Positions 6,633 to 15,054 are shown, numbered from the stretch's first letter. The stretch: DNA of 24,610 nucleotides from Patescibacteria group bacterium (GCA_038063795.1 JBBTUM010000134.1:1-24610); one strand, 5' to 3'. The notes: generated by a model not told the origin, from the letters alone. Made by a program: numbers and translations.

Positions 6633-6926
6633 ATGAAGACCGCTATCGCTGTCGTCGCCATCGCGCTGCTGCTCGCCGGCTGCCTCATGCAGGGCGGCAC
6701 GCTCGTAGAGGAATTCTCCTCGATCTCTTGCTCCTGCGAGGTGCGCGAGATCAAGCAGGGCGAATTCAGGATCACAGCGACCTGGGACGTTTTCAATCCC
6801 AGGACAGGGGAGATCATTCCTCTGCTGCCGAACCGAACGTCCAAGCGTGTCGGTTCCATCGAGGAGGTGAAGAGCTTCCTCGAAACGCTGGCGAAAGAGC
6901 CAGCGTGTGCAGGACTTCCGCACTAA
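6633..6926 (+). CDS. Putative lipoprotein (97 aa)
   Basis: AAGGAGG SD at 6619-6625; MKTAIAVVAIALLLAGC signal peptide with lipobox. Confidence 0.7.
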   Translation: MKTAIAVVAIALLLAGCLMQGGTLVEEFSSISCSCEVREIKQGEFRITATWDVFNPRTGEIIPLLPNRTSKRVGSIEEVKSFLETLAKEPACAGLPH

Positions 6927-6964
6927 CCAATGTCCTGAGCCAAGACATTAAATTGGCTCGATTT

Positions 6965-7150
6965 TTTTAAACAAAAAACCGCTCGAGGCTTGTAAATATT
7001 TATCTGCACCCAAGAAATTTTTTCCAAGCAGTTACCTAGCCGGAGCCAGATAAAACTAAGAAAAAACCCCATGCTTGTCGTGGATGCAGATAAATAATCG
7101 CTAACCTTAGCGGTTTTCTATTCTGCCATCAATTGTCAATCTTCAGGCAA
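6965..7150 (-). ncRNA. Candidate rod-shaped small RNA (6S-like) or long inverted repeat
   Basis: Nested inverted repeats 6975-6983/7109-7117 and 6998-7012/7081-7095; consensus promoter at 7157-7185; U-rich 3' end. Ends are approximate. Confidence 0.45.
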
Positions 7151-7156
7151 CTTTGA

Positions 7157-7185
7157 ATACTACCATCGAACCACCGCTCTGTCAA
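7157..7185 (-). promoter_or_regulatory. Sigma70 promoter pointing back into the accessory block
   Basis: TTGACA-17 nt-TAGTAT. Confidence 0.7.
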
Positions 7186-7256
7186 GCACACAGGTGTTCC
7201 ACGGATTATCCACCAAGCATCAACAGCCTGCATAACGTTGAAACGCTTCCGGCCCC

Positions 7257-7285
7257 TTGCACGACGTTTACTTTTGTTCTATAGT
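7257..7285 (+). promoter_or_regulatory. Sigma70 promoter of the rpmF-nusB-rnc-smc operon
   Basis: TTGCAC-17 nt-TATAGT, 50 nt upstream of rpmF. Confidence 0.65.
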
Positions 7286-7335
7286 AAGTTTGCTTTTTTG
7301 ATGCAATTTAATAATTCAAGGGATCAGACTACCGC

Positions 7336-7548
7336 ATGGGAACACCGACAAAGAAACGCACCAGCGGGCAACGCAAACGACGTGCATCGCACTTCGCGCT
7401 CAGAAGCAAAAGCGTACGCCCCTGTCCGAAATGCAAGAAGCCGGTACTACCTCATCACGCATGCGCTTTTTGTGGCTACTACAAAGGACGCCAGGTCATG
7501 ACCGTTGCTGTCGAGGCACGAAAACCGGGAACAGCAGCCAAAAAGTAG
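7336..7548 (+). CDS. rpmF: 50S ribosomal protein L32 (Zn-ribbon type)
   Basis: PKKRTSGQRKRRASH..CPKCKKPVLPHHACAFCGYYKGRQV. Confidence 0.97.
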   Translation: MGTPTKKRTSGQRKRRASHFALRSKSVRPCPKCKKPVLPHHACAFCGYYKGRQVMTVAVEARKPGTAAKK

Positions 7549-7554
7549 GATCGT

Positions 7555-8448
7555 ATGGCCAATCGGCATCTCGCTCGTACCTTAACATTGCAGGCGCTCT
7601 TTCTGTGGGATTTTTACCGTGGAGAGACTAAGGTGGACGAGGCGCTCGAGTATATCATTGCCGAGTTCGCGCCTGACTTTGAGGAAAAAGAATTTTCATA
7701 CAACCTCGCGCACAAGGTGATCGAACATCAAGCTGGGATCGATACGCTGATCGTTCGCTTTGCGCCCGAATGGCCCCTCGACCAGATAACGACTATCGAC
7801 CGCAATGTGTTACGCATTGGGGTTTTTGAATTGAAATTTGCTGACGACATCCCTCCGAAAGTCGCCATCAACGAGGCGATCGAACTCGCAAAAACGTATG
7901 GAGGCCCCTCGAGCGGAAAGTTCATCAATGGGGTCCTCGGGAGCATTTACAAAGAGATGATAGGGCTTGGCGAGAAGCAGTCTCCCGAAAGCCAAGGCAT
8001 CAAAGAGATCTCCGCTGGCGGACTCGTCTACCGCAAGTCAGGCGACGTGCTGTATTTTGCCCTCATTCTTGACGCCTATGGCAAATGGACATTCCCGAAG
8101 GGGCATGTCGATTCGGTGGAATCGCTCGAAAAGGCCGCTGCGCGGGAGATCTCCGAAGAGATCGGTATTAAGGAGCTGACGCTCGTCGCCCCGCTCGGCA
8201 GCGCAGAGCTCAAAGTACATCGAACCGGCGAGTCGTCATTCCGAAAACTGGTGCACTACTTCCTCTTCAAGACCGACAAGGAGACACTGATCGTTCCGAA
8301 GGTGGCGGAACTCACGGATGTGAAATGGTACCCGACCGAGGAAGCCGAGGCAAAGCTATCCTACAATCAAAATAAAGAAATGTTCGCAAAAGCACTTGAA
8401 TATATCAAGGAATATGAAGAAACTGGCACCGTTGGAAAAAAAGATTAA
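7555..8448 (+). CDS. nusB: Transcription antitermination factor NusB fused to a C-terminal Nudix hydrolase
   Basis: NusB motifs RHLAR..LQALF, IDRNVLRIGVFEL, PPKVAINEAIELAKTYG..SGKFINGVLG; intact Nudix box GHVDSVESLEKAAAREISEEIGI. Confidence 0.93.
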   Translation: MANRHLARTLTLQALFLWDFYRGETKVDEALEYIIAEFAPDFEEKEFSYNLAHKVIEHQAGIDTLIVRFAPEWPLDQITTIDRNVLRIGVFELKFADDIPPKVAINEAIELAKTYGGPSSGKFINGVLGSIYKEMIGLGEKQSPESQGIKEISAGGLVYRKSGDVLYFALILDAYGKWTFPKGHVDSVESLEKAAAREISEEIGIKELTLVAPLGSAELKVHRTGESSFRKLVHYFLFKTDKETLIVPKVAELTDVKWYPTEEAEAKLSYNQNKEMFAKALEYIKEYEETGTVGKKD

Positions 8449-9106
8449 GATCGCCTTCACAGATAAGGATCTGCTCCAGATGGCGCTCGTGCACCGCTCA
8501 TATCTGAATGAGCACAAGACCTTCAAACTCGAACATAATGAGAGATTGGAATTCTTAGGCGATGCGGTCCTCGAGCTCATCGTCACCGAGTATCTCTACA
8601 AAACGTTCCCCAACCCTGAAGGCGAGCTCACGAATTGGCGGTCCAGTCTGGTGAATTTCAAGATGCTTGCCTCCCGAGCTGAAGCGCTCGATCTCTACCC
8701 GCTGATCTCCATGAGCCGCGGAGAAGCACTCGACCAGAGCGCGAAAGCCCGGTCCTACATCCTTGCGAACGCCTACGAAGCGCTGATCGGCTCCATCTAC
8801 CTCGACAAGGGCCTCGAGGTCGCCAGAACCTTCATCCTGTCGCACCTCATTCCCGAGCTGCAGCCCATCATCGACAAAAAATCGTATGTCGATCCAAAGA
8901 GCCACCTACAGGAAAAATCCCAGGAGGTAAGCGGCATCACGCCGCGATACCGCATCGTGAGCCAGTCCGGGCCAGACCATCTGAAGAACTTTACGGTCGG
9001 CGTCTACCTTGACGACGAACTCATCGCGGAAGGCACCGGAATGAGCAAGCAGGAGGCAGAGCTGGACGCCGCCGCTATGGCGCTCTCAGCCAAAGAGTGG
9101 GACTAA
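8414..9106 (+). CDS. rnc: Ribonuclease III
   Basis: ALVHRSY, HNERLEFLGDAVL signature, ANAYEALIGSIYLDKG and C-terminal dsRBD (DPKSHLQE..GPDHLKNF). Start is 8414 or 8396, overlapping the nusB end. Confidence 0.97.
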   Translation: MKKLAPLEKKIKIAFTDKDLLQMALVHRSYLNEHKTFKLEHNERLEFLGDAVLELIVTEYLYKTFPNPEGELTNWRSSLVNFKMLASRAEALDLYPLISMSRGEALDQSAKARSYILANAYEALIGSIYLDKGLEVARTFILSHLIPELQPIIDKKSYVDPKSHLQEKSQEVSGITPRYRIVSQSGPDHLKNFTVGVYLDDELIAEGTGMSKQEAELDAAAMALSAKEWD

Positions 9107-9118
9107 AACCGCCCGACA

Positions 9119-11722
9119 ATGTACCTGCAAAAAATAGAAATACAAGGCTTCAAGTCATTCGCGGAACCCACGACCCTAGTCTTCAATAAGGAACTGACGG
9201 CCATCGTCGGCCCGAACGGCTCCGGCAAATCGAATATTGCTGACGCGATACGCTGGGTCCTGGGCGAGCAAAGCTTGAAGCTCCTCCGCGGGAAAAAAAG
9301 CGAGGACGTTATCTTTGCCGGAAGCGATACAAAATCACGCCTTGGCTTCGCGAAGGTCATCCTCTACCTCGACAACGTCGACCGGAAATCCGACCTCGAC
9401 TATGACCAGATCGTCATCGAGCGATCGATGAATCGGAACGGTGAAAGCGAATATCTCGTCAATAACAACAAAGCCCGCCTCTCGGACATCCAGATCATGC
9501 TCGCGAAGGCAAGTGTTGGACAGAAGAGCTACAGCGTCATCGGCCAGGGCATGATCGACACTCTTCTCGCGCTCTCCGCACAGGAGCGGAGAGATTTTTT
9601 TGATGAGGCGACAGGCGTACGTCAGTATCAGCTGAAAAAAAGCCAGGCACTGAACAAGCTCGACCATACGGAAGACAATCTCGAGCAAGCAGAGCTCGTT
9701 CTGCAAGAGCTCGAGCCGCGTCTACGAACTCTCTCCAGACAAGTTCGACGGTTAGAACGGAAGGAAGACCTGGAACAACAGCTCATCCGATCGCAGAATG
9801 AATGCTACAGCTTTCTCCTGGGGAACCTGGATGCGGAGCTTGCATCGTCACGCGCGAAACTCTCAAAGGCGGAAGCTGCGATCACGGAGCTCACTCGGCA
9901 ACAGAAAGATATCCAGCGCCGGATCGACGCTGACGAGCATGAGAAGGGACGCGGAGAAGCATACAATACGTTGCAAAAAAAATTATTCAATCTCCAGCAA
10001 GAATACAACACGCTTTCAAAGAAGAAGATCGTCCTCGAGGGACAAAAGGACCTCGAGCTCATCCAAAAAGGCGAGAGCGAGAGCGTCCTCTTGGCGCAGC
10101 GCTTGAGTGAACTCGAGAACAAAAAAAATTCACTCGCTGCGGATATCGACGAGCTGCAGCACCAGACGAAAAAAGGTCAATCGCTCGTCGCCGCGCTCGA
10201 AAAGAGCATCCGTGAGAGCAGCGAGAAACTCAGTCGCATCGAGCATGAGCTTGCAGCGCCACGGGGGATCGACCAGTCGACGATCGAAGCCACCGCCCGA
10301 GAGCTGCACGACGAGCATGAACGGATCACCCTGTACATCGAGCGCATGGCATCAACGGACGACATCGCTTCATTCAAGGAACGCTTCAGGACGTTCGCAG
10401 GAAAACTCAAATCCTTCCTGCAGCATCTGCGCACAGCGAAACAGGACACCCACGAGGGACTCTGGAAAAGCTTCACCCAGCTGAACAGCGACCACAAGCA
10501 CATCGATCAGGAGCTCCGCAATGAAGAGCTTTCGTTCGGACGGAAACAACACGAACTCGACATAGCCCGGCGGCAGCTCTCAGAGACCGAAAAGGAGATC
10601 GCTGAACTTTCACGCCACGCAGAGCAAGACAAGGACGAACATGCGATCAGCTCCGATATACGGGAGATCGAGAAAACGCTTGCGGGGAAAGAAGCGGAGG
10701 TGAAGATCCTCCGCGAGCAGATCGACACGTTCAATGAGCGGGAGGAGGCGAAAAAACAGGAGCTCGTCGATCTCCAAAAAAAATTCCGACTTCTCCAGCA
10801 TGATTTTACGATCAAAAATAACGAAGTGACCGCCCTCAAGGTCGAGCTCGCAAAAATCGAGACGAAAAAAGAGGACCTGGAGCGGGAGATTGCGCAGGAG
10901 GCGCCACGTTTCTCCCGCATCGAAGCTGGACGCGTGAATGAAGTGGAACTTCGCGAACGGATCGAAACCTTAAAACGTCAGCTCAATATCATCGGGGGCA
11001 TCGATACCGAAACGGTCAAAGAATATGGGGAAGTGAAAGAGAAACACGATTTTCTGACGCAGCAGACGACCGACCTATGGTCTGCCCAAAAATCGCTCAT
11101 CACTCTGATCAAGGAGCTTGATGAACACATCACGAAACAATTTGAGCAGGCGTTCAAGGGCATCAATACCCTCTTCGGCAAATACTTCAAACGCCTTTTC
11201 GATGGAGGCACCGCGAAACTAACGCTGAACATGATCCAGGAAGCTCCCGAAGACAGCGAAGAGGCCGACGACGAACCTGAGGACGATGAGAAAAAAAACG
11301 AGACTGAGGGAACAAAACCGAAGAAGGGTTTGAGCGAGATCAAAAAACTCAAAGCACAACATTTTGACTACACGATCGACATACTGGCCGTGCCACCCGG
11401 GAAAAAGCTCTCCGGCATCAACATGCTGTCGGGCGGCGAAAAAGCGATGACAGCGATCGCGCTCATCTGCGCTATCATCGCGAATAATCCGCCTCCGTTC
11501 GTGGTTCTCGACGAGGTCGATGCGGCCCTCGATGAGGCGAACTCGATACGCTTCGCGGAGATCATCAGCGAACTTCTCGACAGAAGCCAGTTCATCACGA
11601 TAACCCACAACCGTGCGACGATGCATCAGGCAAAAATATTATATGGCGTGACCATGGGCGATGACGGCATTTCCCACCTCCTCTCTGTCAATTTCTCAGA
11701 AGCAGACAAGCTGAGTTCCTAA
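9119..11722 (+). CDS. smc: SMC-family chromosome segregation ATPase, shortened (867 aa)
   Basis: GFKSFA, Walker A GPNGSGKSN, signature LSGGEK, Walker B VVLDEVDAALD, QFITITH; coiled coils; conserved rnc-smc gene order. Confidence 0.95.
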   Translation: MYLQKIEIQGFKSFAEPTTLVFNKELTAIVGPNGSGKSNIADAIRWVLGEQSLKLLRGKKSEDVIFAGSDTKSRLGFAKVILYLDNVDRKSDLDYDQIVIERSMNRNGESEYLVNNNKARLSDIQIMLAKASVGQKSYSVIGQGMIDTLLALSAQERRDFFDEATGVRQYQLKKSQALNKLDHTEDNLEQAELVLQELEPRLRTLSRQVRRLERKEDLEQQLIRSQNECYSFLLGNLDAELASSRAKLSKAEAAITELTRQQKDIQRRIDADEHEKGRGEAYNTLQKKLFNLQQEYNTLSKKKIVLEGQKDLELIQKGESESVLLAQRLSELENKKNSLAADIDELQHQTKKGQSLVAALEKSIRESSEKLSRIEHELAAPRGIDQSTIEATARELHDEHERITLYIERMASTDDIASFKERFRTFAGKLKSFLQHLRTAKQDTHEGLWKSFTQLNSDHKHIDQELRNEELSFGRKQHELDIARRQLSETEKEIAELSRHAEQDKDEHAISSDIREIEKTLAGKEAEVKILREQIDTFNEREEAKKQELVDLQKKFRLLQHDFTIKNNEVTALKVELAKIETKKEDLEREIAQEAPRFSRIEAGRVNEVELRERIETLKRQLNIIGGIDTETVKEYGEVKEKHDFLTQQTTDLWSAQKSLITLIKELDEHITKQFEQAFKGINTLFGKYFKRLFDGGTAKLTLNMIQEAPEDSEEADDEPEDDEKKNETEGTKPKKGLSEIKKLKAQHFDYTIDILAVPPGKKLSGINMLSGGEKAMTAIALICAIIANNPPPFVVLDEVDAALDEANSIRFAEIISELLDRSQFITITHNRATMHQAKILYGVTMGDDGISHLLSVNFSEADKLSS

Positions 11723-11780
11723 AACCTGTGGGAACAATAGTGATGATATGCTATACTAACCCTGCGAAACATTCTTCTCT

Positions 11781-12569
11781 ATGAAACGCCAACATGTAGC
11801 CACATCCATTTCCCTGCTTCTTCTCATGCTCGCAGGCCCCCCCACGGCCGCGCAGGCGCAGAGCGATAATGCCCAGACAACAGCCACCGAGAGCAACACA
11901 AACGAGACACTGCCGCGAGCGAATCGCTTCGATCGAGCGCTCCAATTCTCGAATGTCGGACAACGGATGACGCTCTACCTCGAACAACTCCGTAATCGTC
12001 TCAGAAATGCCGCCGGCATCGCGGAACGTGAGAAAGAGAATTTCATCACCTCGCTGAACGAGGACATTTCCTATCTACAATCCGAGGCTATCAGCATCGG
12101 TAAAGCACGCACCGACGAAGATCTTGATGCCAGACGTGAGCGGCTCCGTGAGTATTGGCTCACGCATGAACGACGCGTAAAGTTCCTTGCTGGCGCCCTT
12201 CTTAGCAGCCATGTCAGATTCACGATAGAGCGCATGGAGGGCCTGCAGCCGAAAGCGGCAGAATTGATCAAGCGTCTGACAGACGAAGGTGATGAGAATG
12301 TAGACGTGCTGAAGGATGCCTATGATACGTTCACTTCCTACGTCACTGCCGCAAGAACCGAATACGATGAAGCACGAACAAGCTTTCAACAGATCGAAAC
12401 GAGCGACGACCCCCAAGCACTCTTCGTAGCTGGCCACGACCATCTCAAGGCAGCGCACGAGAGCCTGCGGATGGCAAGGAAAACTTTCAAAGAACTCCTG
12501 GTGAGCCTTCGAAAGGCACTGCCGCCGACTGAGAACGCGACCACTACCCAATCAGACTATAACCAATGA
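11781..12569 (+). CDS. Exported alpha-helical hypothetical protein
   Basis: Signal peptide MKRQHVATSISLLLLMLAGPPTAAQA, then a long charged helical region; extended -10 TGCTATACT at 11749-11757. Confidence 0.8.
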   Translation: MKRQHVATSISLLLLMLAGPPTAAQAQSDNAQTTATESNTNETLPRANRFDRALQFSNVGQRMTLYLEQLRNRLRNAAGIAEREKENFITSLNEDISYLQSEAISIGKARTDEDLDARRERLREYWLTHERRVKFLAGALLSSHVRFTIERMEGLQPKAAELIKRLTDEGDENVDVLKDAYDTFTSYVTAARTEYDEARTSFQQIETSDDPQALFVAGHDHLKAAHESLRMARKTFKELLVSLRKALPPTENATTTQSDYNQ

Positions 12570-12868
12570 TCACTACGAATAAAAAAATACTTTTCCTGAT
12601 CCTTGGCCTCGGGCTCCTCGCACTTGCGGTCATCGCACTACAGTATGACACACTCTTAGGGATCACAAATCGTGCACTACCAAACGGAAGCAGCAGCAGC
12701 AACGACCTAGAGCAGGAACTCAGGCAGCAGGAAAGTAATGAGATCTTCGATCGCATCGACAATGATTTCGAGAGCATCGAACAAGACTACGATTTTGATA
12801 CCAACCTCGATTCTGACACCCTCGAGGCTCCTGATTTTGCAGGCGAACTCAGTAAACCAGCCGAATAG
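12566..12868 (+). CDS. Small membrane-anchored acidic hypothetical protein
   Basis: N-terminal hydrophobic helix, acidic tail, ATGA overlap with the upstream gene. Confidence 0.75.
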   Translation: MITTNKKILFLILGLGLLALAVIALQYDTLLGITNRALPNGSSSSNDLEQELRQQESNEIFDRIDNDFESIEQDYDFDTNLDSDTLEAPDFAGELSKPAE

Positions 12869-12893
12869 GCGCTGCAGGCGTAAGACATTGCAA

Positions 12894-12928
12894 AATCGCC
12901 CCGACGGTACCGTCGGGGCGATTCTTTT
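12894..12928 (+). terminator. Terminator (perfect 30-bp palindrome plus T tract)
   Basis: AATCGCCCCGACGGTACCGTCGGGGCGATT followed by CTTTT. Confidence 0.7.
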
Positions 12929-12958
12929 CAATTTCTCACCATGGCCTCCTCTAGTCCC

Positions 12959-12986
12959 TTGACAAATATAACCCTTGTGGTAGCAT
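12959..12986 (+). promoter_or_regulatory. Sigma70 promoter for the 3D-domain gene
   Basis: TTGACA-16 nt-TAGCAT with extended TG. Confidence 0.55.
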
Positions 12987-13048
12987 CGAGCGTCAAATAA
13001 ACATCAAATACGAGTATACGAGAACCAATCACTTGATTGGTTTTTTTG

Positions 13049-13540
13049 ATGAAATCACCCCATATGTACCATTATTTCATACAGCAGAATATACGCATGC
13101 AGACGCTTGCCTCTGCTCTGCTTCTGATACTCGTAGCGCTGCTCGTTCCGCAGCATAGTATCGGTGCCACGGCGATGCTTTTTCCGACGAACACCGCATA
13201 TCAGGCAAGTTTTCTCTTCCTGAATAAAAATGAGGACCTCTATGTCCCGGCTCGAACGACGACGCAGATCGTCGTCACCTCATACAACAGTGAGCCTGGA
13301 CAGACCGATTCGACTCCTTTTATCACTGCCTTCGGCACCGAGGTCCGCGACGGCATCGTAGCCACGAACTATCTCCCGAAAGGCACGCAGGTCCGCTTTC
13401 CCGATCTCTTTGGCGATAAAGTTTTCGTCGTCGAAGACCGTATGAACATCCGGTACAACAAGCGTATGGATATCTGGTCGGCCGACAAGGAATTCTCCCG
13501 CAACTTCGGCGCAAGGTATCTCAGGATGGAAATTTTATAA
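13049..13540 (+). CDS. 3D-domain (Asp-Asp-Asp, MltA-like) peptidoglycan hydrolase-like protein
   Basis: VTSYNSEPGQTDSTPFITAFG..IVATNYLPKGTQV..VVEDRMN..RMDIW; N-terminal hydrophobic segment. Start uncertain (13037, 13049, 13064 or 13097). Confidence 0.88.
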   Translation: MKSPHMYHYFIQQNIRMQTLASALLLILVALLVPQHSIGATAMLFPTNTAYQASFLFLNKNEDLYVPARTTTQIVVTSYNSEPGQTDSTPFITAFGTEVRDGIVATNYLPKGTQVRFPDLFGDKVFVVEDRMNIRYNKRMDIWSADKEFSRNFGARYLRMEIL

Positions 13541-13545
13541 GACTT

Positions 13546-13577
13546 AAAAACACCCCGTTAGTGACGGGGTGTTTTTT
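13546..13577. terminator. Bidirectional intrinsic terminator between convergent genes
   Basis: AAAAACACCCCGT-TAGTG-ACGGGGTGTTTTTT. Confidence 0.85.
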
Positions 13578-13592
13578 ATTTGTATTACTACT

Positions 13593-14522
13593 CTACAGGC
13601 ACGGGGTCACATCAACATCTATGGGCGTTGCTTTCGAGCCCTCGTTTCCATTTCCATCAATAGCCGCGACAGTATACGTTCGCGTTGTGGTCGCCATGTA
13701 ATGGATTGTTGAATCCGTTGCTGATGAATTGAAATATCCTAAATTCACCCAATAGCCAGGAAGCGTAGGGCTAGCATAGTAAGCATGATAATACACGCGC
13801 CCAGCGGCACCCAACTCAGGGAGATCAGTTGCTTCGTCCCATGTGAAAGTTACATGATGGCGCGCATCTCTACATGACTGCGAAACATACGAAACATTAT
13901 CCGGTGTTGTTGGCGGAGTCGCATCATAGAAAGGGACAACACTAATGATATCCGAAGCTGACGACGCTCCTCCATTGAATGCTCTCACTCGGTATGCTAA
14001 TACACTACTTGGGTACGGTTGAGGTGAAATTAAAATCGGTGCATTGGAGTCAGCTATAAGGCGCGGCATCATAGGATCACAAGTATAAATATTTGGATCA
14101 CAGGTGAATGCTCCTATGGTTGTAACGACCTCCCAGTTAGCTAATGAACCATCAGAGCGCTCGAGGTTAAACCCCTCTTCATTAGTTGAAAGGTCATAAA
14201 AGTCAATACTAACTGAGCCAGGCAAAACAGTGGCATGCGTTGCTACCGGGGCTGTTGGAGCTGTTGAACTGCCCCCGCCTCTTCGTCTTTTCGTCTGTGA
14301 ACAATCACTGCTTGAGTCTCCATCTGATGTGTAACATAAAGCTGCCGACGCCTTCCCTATTTTCGCTTCTTCCGAGAGTCGCCCAAAGTAATTAAGCCCG
14401 GTCCCAAAAAGCGACTCGGTCAAAAGAACCCCGAGGAGGAACGTCGTGACCATGGAGATCACCAGAGCGATATATATCGCATAGTGCTCCATCCGGCCGA
14501 CTTGGATCTTTTTGCTTTCCAT
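13593..14522 (-). CDS. Membrane-anchored surface protein with two fibronectin type III-like domains
   Basis: N-terminal TM; DLSTNEEGFNLERS..YRVRAFNGG and PPTTPDNV..FTWDEATD..YTVAAIDGNGNEG Fn3 patterns. Confidence 0.75.
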   Translation of the reverse strand: MESKKIQVGRMEHYAIYIALVISMVTTFLLGVLLTESLFGTGLNYFGRLSEEAKIGKASAALCYTSDGDSSSDCSQTKRRRGGGSSTAPTAPVATHATVLPGSVSIDFYDLSTNEEGFNLERSDGSLANWEVVTTIGAFTCDPNIYTCDPMMPRLIADSNAPILISPQPYPSSVLAYRVRAFNGGASSASDIISVVPFYDATPPTTPDNVSYVSQSCRDARHHVTFTWDEATDLPELGAAGRVYYHAYYASPTLPGYWVNLGYFNSSATDSTIHYMATTTRTYTVAAIDGNGNEGSKATPIDVDVTPCL

Positions 14523-14737
14523 ACAATTTATTTACATTTTTTAAAAGTCGCTATAAGTATATCACTTCATGGGTCTCGTGTTAACCAATAAAAAAACCGG
14601 ATTTCTAATCCGGAATTCTTAAGAGCAAACGCGGTCGAACCCACGAATACTTGCCCGCCGACCTGCCCCCCCGAAGTTTTAACGAAGGAGGAAGCCTTAC
14701 GCGAAGATGGAAGGATTTCGTCCCGCAGTTCAAATTT

Positions 14738-14812
14738 TGGAGGCACGAGGGGGATTCGAACCCCCGAATAAGGGTTTTGCAGACCCTTGCCTTACCACTT
14801 GGCTATCGTGCC
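14738..14812 (-). tRNA. tRNA-Cys (GCA)
   Basis: GGCACGA/TCGTGCC acceptor stem, U73, anticodon loop CTGCAAA, GGTTCGAATCC, encoded CCA. Confidence 0.97.
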
Positions 14813-15054
14813 CCGTTACACGCCCGCGTATAACGGAGCGTGACATATAAAAACTCGCGTATACGGTAACAGAAAGATTTTGAAAAGTAAATTGCCCATG
14901 CCGCGTCAAGATGCTAGTATAACCAAATGCATCCCGTTAGAGGCCGCGGTCGCTTCTCGGGAATGTTAAAAGGAGTGTTAAGAAATGAAGATCTCACATA
15001 AAAAATATCGCAAATTCCGGTCACTTTGTATGACCGCGACCTGCCTCTAACGGG

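Noticed and set aside
4446-6926. Integron cassette array (small ORFs plus palindromic spacers, GGYAAC resembling the attC R'' box)
   Set aside because: No GTTRRRY R' boxes or L''/L' pairing at attC spacing (tested 5778-5860), no intI, and the ORFs have their own long leaders.
3690-7190. Prophage, CRISPR array or DGR
   Set aside because: No integrase, structural genes, reverse transcriptase, equal-length direct repeats or TR/VR pair found.
7195-7214. DnaA-box-like TTATCCACC as a sign of oriC
   Set aside because: One imperfect box only, no cluster and no dnaA nearby.
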